Source: Longimicrobiales bacterium
GTDB lineage: Bacteria; Gemmatimonadota; Gemmatimonadetes; Longimicrobiales; Gaopeijiaceae
Direction: 5' to 3'
Assembly: GCA_965229435.1 (NCBI GenBank)
Contig: CBDDJE010000005.1
Location: 32,628 to 96,627 of the forward strand
DNA length: 64,000 nt
Part shown: positions 38,219-47,649 of the stretch, one piece after another
How the letters are laid out: each line of letters begins with the position of its first letter
Position numbering within the stretch: position 1 is the first letter of the stretch
Made by a program: the position numbers and the translations under genes
The notes under the pieces: model-generated
The model's database searches: none
What the model was told of the DNA's origin: nothing
The model's input: only the letters and a program-made list of their open reading frames with translations

Positions 38219-38971
38219 ATGAGTCGCTTCGGAGCGGACGTGTTGGCGTTGACGGCGATCGCGGGTGGGGTGGTGCTGGCGGTTGGGGCTACCGCCCTGA
38301 TGGCCGAAGGTGGGGACCACGGGCAGATGAGGGCCGCCGATCGGCACGAGGTTCGCGTCGAAGTACGGAAGGTCCAGGAAGAAGTGGAGCGGGTGCGGGA
38401 GCGGGCGGACCGAGCCCGTGAGCGTGCAGAGCACGCTCGGGAACGGGCTCAACACATCCGTGTCCGAACTCGCGTTGCTGATAGAGCGTCGGCGGAGGCT
38501 CGTGCCGAAGCCATGGCGATGCAGGCCCGGATCCGGGACCAGGTCCGTCGGCAGATCGACGAGCAGGTCGCCCGCGGAGATCGAGCCGACGTCCAGTGGC
38601 ATGTCCGCCTCGACGAGGACTTCGACTTCGATTTCGACTTTGATTTCGACTTCGACTTCGACGAGAGCTTCGACTTCGATCTCGACTACGACTTCGAGGC
38701 CGGTGAGCTACGCATCGACTTCGAGGGCATCGAGGGTCTGGAGAACCTGACGCTCGATCTCACCGAGCTAGAGTTCCAGCTCGAAGGCATCGGCGAGGAG
38801 GTCTCCGGCGAGGTCGGCCTGCACCTCGAGGGCCTGGGCGAACAGATCTCTGGACAGTTGGAGATGCAGCTCGACGGCCTCGACGAGGAGCTACGAGGTC
38901 AGCTCGAAGCAGAGATGCGTCGGCTCGAAGAGGAGCTGAGCCGCGTGCGTGTGGAGGTCCGCGGCCGCTGA
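38219..38971 (+). CDS. Membrane-anchored coiled-coil protein with an (Asp-Phe)n repeat tract and a highly acidic C-terminal half.
   Basis: A good RBS (GGAAGG) precedes the ATG. N-terminal TM helix (VLALTAIAGGVVLAVGATALMA). An Arg/Glu-rich coiled coil is followed by DEDFDFDFDFDFDFDFDESFDFDLDYDFE and then a repetitive LEG.GE..SG motif block. Confidence 0.6.
   Translation: MSRFGADVLALTAIAGGVVLAVGATALMAEGGDHGQMRAADRHEVRVEVRKVQEEVERVRERADRARERAEHARERAQHIRVRTRVADRASAEARAEAMAMQARIRDQVRRQIDEQVARGDRADVQWHVRLDEDFDFDFDFDFDFDFDESFDFDLDYDFEAGELRIDFEGIEGLENLTLDLTELEFQLEGIGEEVSGEVGLHLEGLGEQISGQLEMQLDGLDEELRGQLEAEMRRLEEELSRVRVEVRGR
38618..38697 (+). repeat. Hexanucleotide tandem repeat (GACTTC/GATTTC/GACTTT, about 13 units) encoding the DF dipeptide tract.
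   Basis: gacttcgacttcgatttcgactttgatttcgacttcgacttcgac...ttcgacttcgatctcgactacgacttcgag. It is an in-frame microsatellite. Confidence 0.8.
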
Positions 38972-38974
38972 TGC

Positions 38975-39025
38975 CGCCGTTGAACGACCTCGGCCGCTGA
39001 CGCGGCGCCGCGGTCGTTCGACCTC
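38975..39025. terminator. Candidate bidirectional terminator hairpin between convergent genes.
   Basis: GAACGACC...GGTCGTTC arms with GC-rich interior pairing. It lies between the stops at 38971 (+) and 39031 (-). The T-tail is weak. Confidence 0.35.
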
Positions 39026-39030
39026 CCGTC

Positions 39031-40692
39031 TCAGCCGCCGCTGGGCCCTCTGGCCACACCTTCCCAGTCGGGATCCGCACCACCGATCCAGGTGCCCGTC
39101 GCAGGATCGAACTGGACCCCGTGGACGCGCCCGAACGCGCCGACTCGAGGGACGGGCTGGATCTCCAGGCCCAGCGCCCGCATCTCGTCGAGTTGTGCCT
39201 CGGTCCACCCGATGCCAGGAGACGTCTCGGCGTTGAACGCCCCTCCGCTGCCTCCTGCGACCCTTGGCGCTGCCAACGCGTGAGGGAGGTCCAGCCCGAA
39301 GTCGATGACTCGAGTGATGGCGTGGACGACGGCGGGAGGAATCATCCCACCTCCCGCGGCGCCAAGCACGAGGACCACCTCCCCGTCACGGGAGACGATG
39401 ACCGGAGCGATGTTGGAGCGGGCCCGCTCGCCGGGTTCGTCGACGGAGCCCAGGTACCCCCCAAGCGTCGATGCGTAGAGGAAACCGAGGCCCGGCGTCA
39501 CCACCTTGGACCCCATGTTCGGCCCCAACGTCTGCGTGAGGGAGACCACCATACCGTCGGCATCGGCCGTGGACAGATGGGTGGTATGTCCGAGCGTGTG
39601 GGCGTCGTCGTAGTCCAGGGCAGGGAGCCGACGGGAGGGCGCCGTCGCCGGACCCAGGACCTCGTCGGCCAATGCGGTGGCATACGCCTTGGAGGTCGCC
39701 CGTGCCGCTGTGGTATCGGGGCCCAGGACGGCCAATTCCCTCGACGCCATCCTCAGGGCCTGTCCGGTGACGGCGAACCATTCGGCCTCGCTCATGTCTC
39801 CGGGGTCGAAGTTCTCCATGACGTTGAGGGCCTGGATCACGAGCACACCGGCGGCTGGTACGTCGGTCCCGATGATGTCGTAGCCGCGGTATGTGCCGCG
39901 GACGATGCGACTGTCTTCGGCTACGTACTGGGCGAGGTCGTCGAGGTCGATGGGCGCCCCGTTGGCCGTCAGGTCTTGGGCCATCCGGCGCGCGATCTCC
40001 CCGCGGTAGAAGGCGTCATGCCCACCTTCCACGATGGCGCGTAGCGTGCGTGCGTAGTCCGGCTGGCGGAGAATCTCACCGGCCCGGTACGGGGAGCCGT
40101 CGGGCTTGTAGTACGCTGAGGCAGTCCCCGGGAACTGGAGGGCCTGCGTCGCTCCACCAGCCTGGCGAGCCGCGTCCCCGGGGAGCAGTCGGAATCCGTT
40201 CTCGGCATACTCGATGGCCGGTGCCAAGACGGTCGCCAGGGGAAGGGAGCCGTGTTCGGCATGGAGCTTCAGGAGACCCGCGGCGGCGCCGGGAATTCCG
40301 ATGACTGCGTATCCGTACGATGCCCGTTCGGCGGTCTCGGGGTCGTAGTCCCAGGGCGCCTGCGTGGTCCCGTCGATCCCGTGGAACTCACCGTCGGGGG
40401 TCCGCACGAGGATCTGGTTGCGTCCACCGATGGAATTCATGGTGGGTTCCACCACCGCGATGGCGAAGCCGGCCGCCACCGCCGCGTCCGCACCGTTGCC
40501 TCCGATCTCCAGCATCCGGACGCCGGCTTCGGTAGCGAGGGGGTGGGCCGCACTCACCATCCCGTCAGCCGAGCGGCCGCTCTGCAGGACGCTTTGTGCG
40601 TGGCCCACGCTCGGTGCGCCGAGGAGGTGGACGACGAGGGCCAGCGAGGCGAGTGGCGTCGCGATGCGCGCGGGGAAGAGGCGACTGTTCAT
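39031..40692 (-). CDS. ggt: Gamma-glutamyltranspeptidase (GGT), secreted.
   Basis: Signal peptide MNSRLFPARIATPLASLALVV. It shows the family signatures, including the autoprocessing Thr context (...LSTADADGMVVSLTQTLG... with TTHLS) and the C-terminal GGxxG region (GAAGGGMIPPAV). The true start is internal to the 842-aa ORF. Confidence 0.85.
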   Translation of the reverse strand: MNSRLFPARIATPLASLALVVHLLGAPSVGHAQSVLQSGRSADGMVSAAHPLATEAGVRMLEIGGNGADAAVAAGFAIAVVEPTMNSIGGRNQILVRTPDGEFHGIDGTTQAPWDYDPETAERASYGYAVIGIPGAAAGLLKLHAEHGSLPLATVLAPAIEYAENGFRLLPGDAARQAGGATQALQFPGTASAYYKPDGSPYRAGEILRQPDYARTLRAIVEGGHDAFYRGEIARRMAQDLTANGAPIDLDDLAQYVAEDSRIVRGTYRGYDIIGTDVPAAGVLVIQALNVMENFDPGDMSEAEWFAVTGQALRMASRELAVLGPDTTAARATSKAYATALADEVLGPATAPSRRLPALDYDDAHTLGHTTHLSTADADGMVVSLTQTLGPNMGSKVVTPGLGFLYASTLGGYLGSVDEPGERARSNIAPVIVSRDGEVVLVLGAAGGGMIPPAVVHAITRVIDFGLDLPHALAAPRVAGGSGGAFNAETSPGIGWTEAQLDEMRALGLEIQPVPRVGAFGRVHGVQFDPATGTWIGGADPDWEGVARGPSGG

Positions 40693-40857
40693 TCGATGCG
40701 CTTCCGAACGGGGAGGACATGGGCGAGCCGAGGACCAATCGAACTGCGGGAGGCAGTGTAACGCGGAAGGCAGAGTCAGGCACGAGGCCGGCGGGTCGCC
40801 CGCCTCACCGGCGGGATCGGGGTTCGCCCGCCGGCGGGCGCCGTCGTATCCTCCCGG

Positions 40858-42216
40858 GTGCTCACGCCCACCCCACTTCAAGACATCGCCGACGCCATCG
40901 TCGTCGGTCGCCTGCGGGCGGTCGTGGGACTCGTGGTCATCCTGGCGGCGGCGTGGGCGATCTCCACCGACAGGAGGCGGGTCTCGTGGCGGGTGGTGGC
41001 CTGGGGTCTCGGTCTGCAGATCGCCTTTGCCTTCCTCGTCCTCCGGACCTCCTTCGGCGTGATGGCCTTCGAGGCCGTGAACTCGGTGGTCGCTGCGGTC
41101 CTGCACTCCGGCGAGGAGGGAGGGCGTTTCGTCTTCGGGAACCTCGTGTCCAACGAGGTCCCGGTGGGCAACGTGACCGACGGCAGCTTCGTCCAGACAC
41201 CCGGAGGCGTGGCGCGGACAGGGGCGTTCTTCGCTTTCCGCATCCTGCCCAACATCATCTTCGTCGCCTCGTTGATGACGGTCCTGTACTACCTCGGGAT
41301 CATGCAGCGGGTGGTGCGCGGAGTCGCTTGGGTCATGCAGCGGACCATGGGCACTTCGGGAGCGGAGACGCTGTGCACGGCCTCCAACATCTTCGTCGGG
41401 ATGATGGAGTCTCCCCTGGTGGTCAAGCCGTATGTCGAACGGATGACCGAATCCGAGCTGATGACCGTCATGACGGCCGGGATGGCGACGATCTCGGGAA
41501 CGGTCCTCGCGGCCTACGCCGGGATGCTCACCCCTTTCCACCCTTCGGCCGCCGGACATCTCATCGCCGCGTCGATCATGTCCGCCCCGGCGGCCTTCGT
41601 CCTGGCGAAGCTCATGGTCCCCGAGACGGAGGTCGCCGAGACGGCAGGGATGCTGACCGAGGAAGTGGAGCGGCCGGATGTCAACGTCATCGACGCCGCT
41701 GCGAGAGGGGCCGGGGAAGGGCTACGCCTGGCCTTGGTCGTCGGGGCCATGCTCATTGCTTTCATCGCCCTCGTCGCCCTGCTCAACGGCCTGGTTGGTT
41801 GGGTCGGTGGCCTGGCGGGCTTCCCGGACGTGACGATCCAGGGAATGCTCGGCGTCCTGCTTGCGCCCGTCGCATGGTTGATCGGAATCCCTTGGGACGA
41901 GGCGGGTCTCGTCGGTCAGTTGATCGGTGTCGACTTCGTCCTCAACGAGTTCGTCGCCTTCGTGCAGCTCTCCGAAACGCTGACGACCGCAGCCGCTTCG
42001 GGGGCCGTTGCCCCTTTGAGCGATCGGTCGCTGGTCATCGCCATCTACGCCCTCACGACCTTCGCGAATTTCGGCTCGGTGGCGATGACGTTGGCGGGCC
42101 TTGGCGAGCTTGCACCGTCCCGCCGCCACGACCTGGCTCGCCTCGGGCTCAAGTCCATGATCGCCGGCCTCATGGCCAGCCTGGCCACGGCGGCGGTAGC
42201 GGGAATGATGGTGTGA
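40858..42216 (+). CDS. nupC: Concentrative nucleoside transporter (NupC/CNT family).
   Basis: 452 aa polytopic membrane protein with NupC-like segments (...GIMQRVVRGVAWVMQRTMGTSGAETL.ASNIFVGM.ESPL..KPY...). It is chosen over the overlapping RG-rich alternative-frame ORF. Confidence 0.75.
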   Translation: MLTPTPLQDIADAIVVGRLRAVVGLVVILAAAWAISTDRRRVSWRVVAWGLGLQIAFAFLVLRTSFGVMAFEAVNSVVAAVLHSGEEGGRFVFGNLVSNEVPVGNVTDGSFVQTPGGVARTGAFFAFRILPNIIFVASLMTVLYYLGIMQRVVRGVAWVMQRTMGTSGAETLCTASNIFVGMMESPLVVKPYVERMTESELMTVMTAGMATISGTVLAAYAGMLTPFHPSAAGHLIAASIMSAPAAFVLAKLMVPETEVAETAGMLTEEVERPDVNVIDAAARGAGEGLRLALVVGAMLIAFIALVALLNGLVGWVGGLAGFPDVTIQGMLGVLLAPVAWLIGIPWDEAGLVGQLIGVDFVLNEFVAFVQLSETLTTAAASGAVAPLSDRSLVIAIYALTTFANFGSVAMTLAGLGELAPSRRHDLARLGLKSMIAGLMASLATAAVAGMMV

Positions 42217-42258
42217 GGCGAGCTTATCGGTCCTCACTGACCCCGTAGTGGCCCCACG

Positions 42259-42654
42259 ATGTCCGAATCGAGAAAGCGTCTCATCGTCGTTGGCGATCGC
42301 GTCCTCATCCAACCGGAGGAGGGCGAGGACCGTACCAAGGTCGGGCTCTACCTGCCGCAGACCGCCGTCGACACCCAGGCGGTACAGGGAGGTACCGTGC
42401 TCGCCACCGGCCCTGGCAACCCGGTCTCGGCGCCCACCGAGTTGGACGAGGAACCCTGGAAGATCGGCAACTCGGGGCCTCAGCCCCGCTACATGCCGCT
42501 GCAGGCGAAGATCGGTGACTACGCCATCTTCTTCCGGCGTGCCTCCGTGGAGATCACCTTCGAGGGGGATCGTTACCTCGTGGTGCCCCAGGCCGCCATC
42601 CTCACGCTCGTTCGCGAAGAGGACGAGTCCAGCGACGGCTTGCTGCCTTTTTGA
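42259..42654 (+). CDS. GroES/Cpn10-family-like small protein (131 aa, with an insertion), not followed by groEL.
   Basis: RLIVVGDRVLIQPEEGEDRTKVGLYLPQTAVDTQAVQGGTVLATGPG...IGDYAIF... fits the Cpn10 beta-barrel pattern. It has about 35 extra residues in the roof-hairpin region. Confidence 0.5.
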   Translation: MSESRKRLIVVGDRVLIQPEEGEDRTKVGLYLPQTAVDTQAVQGGTVLATGPGNPVSAPTELDEEPWKIGNSGPQPRYMPLQAKIGDYAIFFRRASVEITFEGDRYLVVPQAAILTLVREEDESSDGLLPF

Positions 42655-42680
42655 GGGGAACGCCGCGCGCCGCGGCGCCG

Positions 42681-44150
42681 ATGAGCACGCTCGACCGATA
42701 TCGCCGGTACGTCGACGACTGGGACGCCTTCGTCGCCGCCGCCCAGCGCCCCGAGCCCACTGTCTTCCGCATCCGGACGGGCCTCGTCGCTGAAGACGAG
42801 CTCTGGGCCCGACTCGAACGTCGCGGTTTCCGTCTTCGTCGATTGGAGGGACTGCCGGGCTTCGGTGAGGTGGTGGACGGACCAGGTCCGCTTTCCATGA
42901 CGCCCGAGCACTGGCTCGGGTTGGTCTACGTCCAGCAGGCCTCCACGGGGATCGCCGCCCCTGCCCTCGCCCCACGGCCAGGCGAGCGCGTGCTGGACCT
43001 CTGCTCGGCCCCTGGCGGAAAGACCCTTCACATGGCCGAACTCATGGAGGACCGGGGCTGCCTGGTAGCCAACGAGATCAGCGAGGGTCGCATCCGCGGG
43101 CTTCTGGGCAACGTGTACCGTATGGGGCACCCCGGCGTCATGGTCACCGCTGCCGACGGGCGTGACTTCCCCGAGGGCGCCCTCTTCGACAGGGTCCTCG
43201 TCGATGCGCCGTGCACCGGCGAGGGCACACTGCGTCGCCGGGGTGGCCATCCGCCGGAGCCGTCGGCTTCTTTCGTCGCTCATCTCTCCCGGGTCCAGCG
43301 GGCGCTCCTGGAGACAGCGATTCGGCTCACGCGGCCAGGGGGGACGGTCCTGTACGTGACCTGCACCTTCGCCCCCGAAGAGAACGAGGCCGTCGTCACC
43401 GACATCCTGTCGAGCCACTCGGTGGAGCTGGAGCCCCTCCGACTCCCGGTGCCCCACGCACCCGGTCTCATAGAGTTCGAGGGCGCTCGCTTCGACGAGC
43501 GGCTCGAGGGCGCAGCCCGAATCTACCCCCATCATCTGGATTCCGGCGGCCTCTTCCTCGCTCGGCTCCGCGTCGAAGGTGACGCGCGGACGGATGACGG
43601 ATGGTCGACCGTCCCTCCGGTCTTTCCCGCGGGGTCGTGGGACGGCGATGAGTCGAGCAGTGCCGTCGACGAAGAGGAGGCCACCGCGCTCCTCACCTCC
43701 GGGGTCGAGGAGGTCCAGGAGCGATTCGGCGTCGAGGAGGACCTGTCCGCCGCGGGGTGGATCATGCGTGGCGGTCGGGCATGGATGCACGGCCTGGAGG
43801 AGTGGCCGCTCCCCGCCTGGATCGCGGGTGACTGGCGTCCCATCTCGGTGGGCCTACGCGCCATCGAGTTCGACAGCAGGGAGCGAGCCCGCCCCACGAA
43901 CGACCTGCTCCGTCTCCTGGACGGCTCCGTCACCGGGCGGATCCTGGATCTGGATGACACCGAGTTGGACGCGCTTCTTCGACGGGAACCGGTCCCGACC
44001 ACCATCAATGATCGGGGCCCGTACGCCCTTCGATACGATGGCGACGTCGTCGGACGAGGTGCCGTCACGAAGGACGGACTCAAAAGCGAGATCCCCAAGG
44101 CCCGGGCAGCGGACTTGAGGCGAATTCGGGAGCGGTTGTCGGGAGCCTAG
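42681..44150 (+). CDS. RsmB/RsmF-family (NOL1/NOP2/Sun) rRNA m5C methyltransferase.
   Basis: SAM-binding motif LDLCSAPGGKT. The catalytic motifs DAPCTGEG (motif IV, PC) and ...TCT... (motif VI, TC) are present. Confidence 0.7.
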   Translation: MSTLDRYRRYVDDWDAFVAAAQRPEPTVFRIRTGLVAEDELWARLERRGFRLRRLEGLPGFGEVVDGPGPLSMTPEHWLGLVYVQQASTGIAAPALAPRPGERVLDLCSAPGGKTLHMAELMEDRGCLVANEISEGRIRGLLGNVYRMGHPGVMVTAADGRDFPEGALFDRVLVDAPCTGEGTLRRRGGHPPEPSASFVAHLSRVQRALLETAIRLTRPGGTVLYVTCTFAPEENEAVVTDILSSHSVELEPLRLPVPHAPGLIEFEGARFDERLEGAARIYPHHLDSGGLFLARLRVEGDARTDDGWSTVPPVFPAGSWDGDESSSAVDEEEATALLTSGVEEVQERFGVEEDLSAAGWIMRGGRAWMHGLEEWPLPAWIAGDWRPISVGLRAIEFDSRERARPTNDLLRLLDGSVTGRILDLDDTELDALLRREPVPTTINDRGPYALRYDGDVVGRGAVTKDGLKSEIPKARAADLRRIRERLSGA

Positions 44151-44182
44151 GAGGCGGTTGAGGAAGTAGAGAGCAGGCCGCG

Positions 44183-44596
44183 TCAACGAGGTCGACGACC
44201 CGATCGACTTGACGGCGGGCCGTTGCTCAGCCATTCGACGAAACCGGCGTCGGCTGGCGCAAGGGCCATCTGCCCCAGTTCGTCCAGGGTGAACCATCCG
44301 ATGATCTCGTGCTCGAGTGGGTGGGGCTCGCCCTCCACCCGGACCCTGTGAAAGTGGATGGCGAAGATGCCTCCCGCGTCGTCGACGTGGTGAAGCCGGT
44401 CCTCGACTTCCACAACCGAGAGTGTCAGTTCCTCGTCCAACTCGCGGCGGGCCGCCTCGGCCACGGTCTCCCCTGCGTCGACCTTCCCTCCGGGGAACTC
44501 CCAGAGACCTCCGTGGCGCTTGTGGGCGGGACGTCGTCCCACGAGGAAGCGACCGTCGCGCTCGATGATGGCCGCCACGACGGGGACGGGGTTCAC
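44183..44596 (-). CDS. NUDIX hydrolase (MutT-like).
   Basis: The Nudix box GGLWEFPGGKVDAGETVAEAARRELDEELTL matches Gx5Ex7REUxEExGU. The GTG start is chosen because it avoids a 160-nt overlap with the upstream gene. The longer ATG start at 44755 cannot be excluded. Confidence 0.6.
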   Translation of the reverse strand: MNPVPVVAAIIERDGRFLVGRRPAHKRHGGLWEFPGGKVDAGETVAEAARRELDEELTLSVVEVEDRLHHVDDAGGIFAIHFHRVRVEGEPHPLEHEIIGWFTLDELGQMALAPADAGFVEWLSNGPPSSRSGRRPR

Positions 44597-45951
44597 TGAA
44601 GGCCGATAGCGACGGCTATGGCGATGGAGACGCAGCCGAGGAGAACCAGCGCCAGGTAGAGGGGAAAGGTGAAGCGCATCCACCCCTCGTACCGCACGCC
44701 CGCAGACGCCAGAATCGCCATGAGGGCGCCGTTGGTGGGCGTGACCAGGTCGCACAGGCCGGCGCCGTACTGATACGCCAGGACGATGACTTGGCGGGAG
44801 AGGCCGAGAAGGTCGGCCAGGGGTACGAGGACCGGCATGGTGAGCACCGCCTGTCCGCTCACGCTGGGCACGGGAACGTGGATGAGCGCTTGCCCCACGA
44901 CCATTCCTATGGCCGACGCCAGCCGGGGCAGATTCTCCAACGGGGCGAACATGCCGGCGACGATGGTGTCGATGATGAGTCCGTCCTCGAGAACCGTCGA
45001 GATCGCGCGGGCGAAGCCGATGAGCAGAGCGGCGTAGGCCATCTCACGGAAGCCCTTCGCGTAGGCCACGGCGGTGCCGTTGACGCCCATTCTGGCCACG
45101 AAGCCCACCAGGACACCCATGATGAAGAAGGCCGCCGACATCTCGTCGAAACCCCATCCCCATTGCTGGATCCCCACCACCATCAGCACGAACGTCGCGC
45201 CCACCATGGCGAGTACCAGCTGATCCCGCGACGTCATCGATTCGCCGAGGTCACCGGCCGTGGCAGCGGCGATGGGTTCCACCCGGGTGGCGGCGGCGTG
45301 ACGCATGGTGGCGCCGATCCAGAGGATCAACGCCAGGACGAGGAAGACCGAGCGGAAGAGGCCTCCCGAGAGGACCTCGACTTCCGCGGCCTGCTGGGCG
45401 ATCTGGACCTGGAAGGGATTGATGGGGCTGAACGCCGAACCCACGAAGGCCGCGCCGGCGCTCATGGCCACGGCCACCAGTGGCGTGAAGCCCATCCGCC
45501 CCACAAGGATCATGAGGACAGGGATGAGAGGGATGATCTCTTCCTGCATGTTCTGGACGACGCCCCCGACGGCGAAGACCAGGGAGACCACCGGGATGAC
45601 GAGGATGTCGCGTCCCCGGAGCGATCGTATGAGCGACGGGACGGCTCTGCGCAGCGTGCCGGTCTCGTCGACGACGGTGAACGCTCCGCCGATGAGGAAG
45701 ACGAGGAAGATGACGGCGCTTGCGTCGGCCATGCCCCGCGGTAGCGCCACCATCGCCTCGAAGAGGTTCACCGGGTTCGGATCCACCGACTCGTACGTGC
45801 CGGGTACGACGAGCGTCCGACCCGTCGTCGGGTCGTCGCGACGTTCGAACTGACCGGCGGGGAGGACGTAGCTGGCGGCGGCGGCCAGCAGCACACAGCC
45901 CGTCAGGAGCGCCAGGGGGTGGGGGAGGCGCAACGTCGGTGAATCGCTCAT
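44593..45951 (-). CDS. YfcC/DcuC-superfamily membrane transporter (putative basic amino acid or C4-dicarboxylate carrier type).
   Basis: About 450 aa with 10-12 TM segments and the composition typical of the YfcC family. The start is taken at MSDSPTL. The 5' part of the ORF is RG-rich noise. Confidence 0.65.
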   Translation of the reverse strand: MSDSPTLRLPHPLALLTGCVLLAAAASYVLPAGQFERRDDPTTGRTLVVPGTYESVDPNPVNLFEAMVALPRGMADASAVIFLVFLIGGAFTVVDETGTLRRAVPSLIRSLRGRDILVIPVVSLVFAVGGVVQNMQEEIIPLIPVLMILVGRMGFTPLVAVAMSAGAAFVGSAFSPINPFQVQIAQQAAEVEVLSGGLFRSVFLVLALILWIGATMRHAAATRVEPIAAATAGDLGESMTSRDQLVLAMVGATFVLMVVGIQQWGWGFDEMSAAFFIMGVLVGFVARMGVNGTAVAYAKGFREMAYAALLIGFARAISTVLEDGLIIDTIVAGMFAPLENLPRLASAIGMVVGQALIHVPVPSVSGQAVLTMPVLVPLADLLGLSRQVIVLAYQYGAGLCDLVTPTNGALMAILASAGVRYEGWMRFTFPLYLALVLLGCVSIAIAVAIGLQ

Positions 45952-46574
45952 GACGGGGGTCTTCTCGGGTCGTGTGTCGGCGTCGGTGACGCTCTGGGGA
46001 GGGTGTGTTCGGCGGTGTAGACCAGATCGCCGAGGGGCGAATTGTCGCCGTTGCCGGAGTTGGCCGCCACATGGAAGACCACCGTGGCGTCCGATCCGAT
46101 TGCATTGGCCGCAGGAGCCCGCCATCCGAAGCTCCATCGCGCCCCCGAAGGGTCGTGGGTCGCGGAGCCGGCTTCGGACTGATGGAGGTACGCGATACCC
46201 AGGCTGTCGGAGACGGCGGTTCGGCCGTCCACCGGTTCCAGAAAGCCGGCTGGGCGGCCCCGCGCGGCGCCCTCCAGATACCGAGCAGCGACTTGGAAGC
46301 CGGCGATGGCCGTCTCGTCGGCCCGGAGGTCGACGGTGATCACATACTCCCGTCCGGGCTCCCAGACGCTGGGCACCCCCTCCAGGCGGACGCTGCCGCC
46401 GAAGGCGTTTACGTCGTTTCCGATGTGGCAGAAGGCGCAGCTCTGCTCACCGAAGCCGCCGGTCATCGCGGCGGGCGGTGTCGTGGCGTGGAACGGCGCG
46501 GCCGCCATCGTCGCGAGGGCCGCGACGGCGGCAACCGCGCCGAGAGTGTTGCTACCGGTACGCCTCACCCGCAT
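45948..46574 (-). CDS. Secreted monohaem c-type cytochrome-like protein with a beta-rich domain.
   Basis: Signal peptide (LGAVAAVAALATMAAAP). A single CAFCH motif lies near the N-terminus, followed by about 150 aa of beta-strand-like sequence. Confidence 0.5.
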   Translation of the reverse strand: MRVRRTGSNTLGAVAAVAALATMAAAPFHATTPPAAMTGGFGEQSCAFCHIGNDVNAFGGSVRLEGVPSVWEPGREYVITVDLRADETAIAGFQVAARYLEGAARGRPAGFLEPVDGRTAVSDSLGIAYLHQSEAGSATHDPSGARWSFGWRAPAANAIGSDATVVFHVAANSGNGDNSPLGDLVYTAEHTLPRASPTPTHDPRRPPS

Positions 46575-46602
46575 CGGGTGGGCACTCCCCGAGGGGCACG
46601 AC

Positions 46603-47649
46603 TCAGTGGCTCGTCGCACGTCTCCGAGGAGGCAGTTTGGCCACCCCGATGGTGTTGGTGTCCGCGCCGAACCAGACCGCGTTGTTCTCCGCGTCGAAGT
46701 ACATGTGTCGGACGGTTCCACCTCCACTTGGCACCTCGGTCACGCTGAAGACCTCTTCGGTCATGGGGTCGAAGCCGATGAAGCGGTTGGGCTCGGGACC
46801 CGTCTCGACCACCCAGACGCGATCGGCGTCGTCGGCGAGCATGGCGTAGGGCCGGGACCCTTCGCCACCGGGGAGCCGATACTCCGTGACCTCGTGCGTG
46901 TCCGGATCGATCCGCCCGAGGGTGCCACGGGTCCAGTCGCCGTACCAGACGACATCGTCAGAGGTGATGGCAATGCGACGGGGAAGGGCGTTGTCCCACG
47001 GCAGCTCGATGGTCTCGAGCTCGAAGGTCTCAGGATCGACGGTGGCGATGTGGTTCGTGTTGAAGAGTGCCACCCACGGACGATCGTTGGAATCGATGAC
47101 GATGCCGTAGGGACGGCTCGAGCCGCCCCTGCGACCTCCTTCGACTTGCAGCGACTCGACCAGACGTACCTCGCCGGTCTCCGGCCAGAACTTGCCGATG
47201 AAGTTCCCGCCCTGGACGGTGAACCAGACGTTGCCTTGTGAGTCGAAGATCAGCGTGTGCGGGTCACGGGCCCGGTCGTCGGGCATCATGTACGTCTCGA
47301 TCTCTCCCGTGGCGGGGTCGAGTCGGCCGATGTGGCTCGCGGTATTGCCCGCGTACCAGACGATGCCGTCGGGATCGACGATGAGGTTGTGCGGCCGAAC
47401 GCCATCGGTGTCGTACTTCGTGAACTCCTCCGTCTCGGGGTCGAAGACGGCCACGTACGCTCCGGCCTGACCCACGAACCACACCCGACCGTCCGGCGCC
47501 ACCATGGGATCGCGGGGGCGGGAGTCTTCGTACGGAACCACCCACTCCTGGATGTCGGGATCCCGATCCTCTTGGGCTCGGGCTGCGGTAGGAAGGGCCA
47601 TGGCCGCCACGGCTCCGGCAGCCAGCGACATCATCACAAGCGAACGCAT
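46603..47649 (-). CDS. Secreted beta-propeller protein (Vgb/streptogramin-lyase-like or NHL/SMP-30-like repeats).
   Basis: Signal peptide MRSLVMMSLAAGAVAAMALPTAARAQ. Repeated blades follow with (D/N)xxGxVW(F/Y) motifs (DGRVWFVGQ, DGIVWYAGN, QGNVWFTVQ, NDRPWVALF, DDVVWYGDW, ADRVWVVET, NNAVWFGAD). Confidence 0.6.
   Translation of the reverse strand: MRSLVMMSLAAGAVAAMALPTAARAQEDRDPDIQEWVVPYEDSRPRDPMVAPDGRVWFVGQAGAYVAVFDPETEEFTKYDTDGVRPHNLIVDPDGIVWYAGNTASHIGRLDPATGEIETYMMPDDRARDPHTLIFDSQGNVWFTVQGGNFIGKFWPETGEVRLVESLQVEGGRRGGSSRPYGIVIDSNDRPWVALFNTNHIATVDPETFELETIELPWDNALPRRIAITSDDVVWYGDWTRGTLGRIDPDTHEVTEYRLPGGEGSRPYAMLADDADRVWVVETGPEPNRFIGFDPMTEEVFSVTEVPSGGGTVRHMYFDAENNAVWFGADTNTIGVAKLPPRRRATSH

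Noticed and set aside
40596-42248. 550-aa plus-strand ORF overlapping nupC in another frame
   Set aside because: Extremely Arg/Gly/Pro/His-rich with no hydrophobic structure. The co-located frame encoding a 12-TM NupC-like permease is clearly the real gene.
44596-44755. Longer 190-aa version of the NUDIX ORF starting at ATG 44755
   Set aside because: It would overlap the last 160 nt of the upstream transporter gene, and the extension is Arg/His/Pro-rich. The GTG at 44596, immediately after the upstream stop, gives a normal-length Nudix protein of about 138 aa. I kept the alternative noted in the feature entry.
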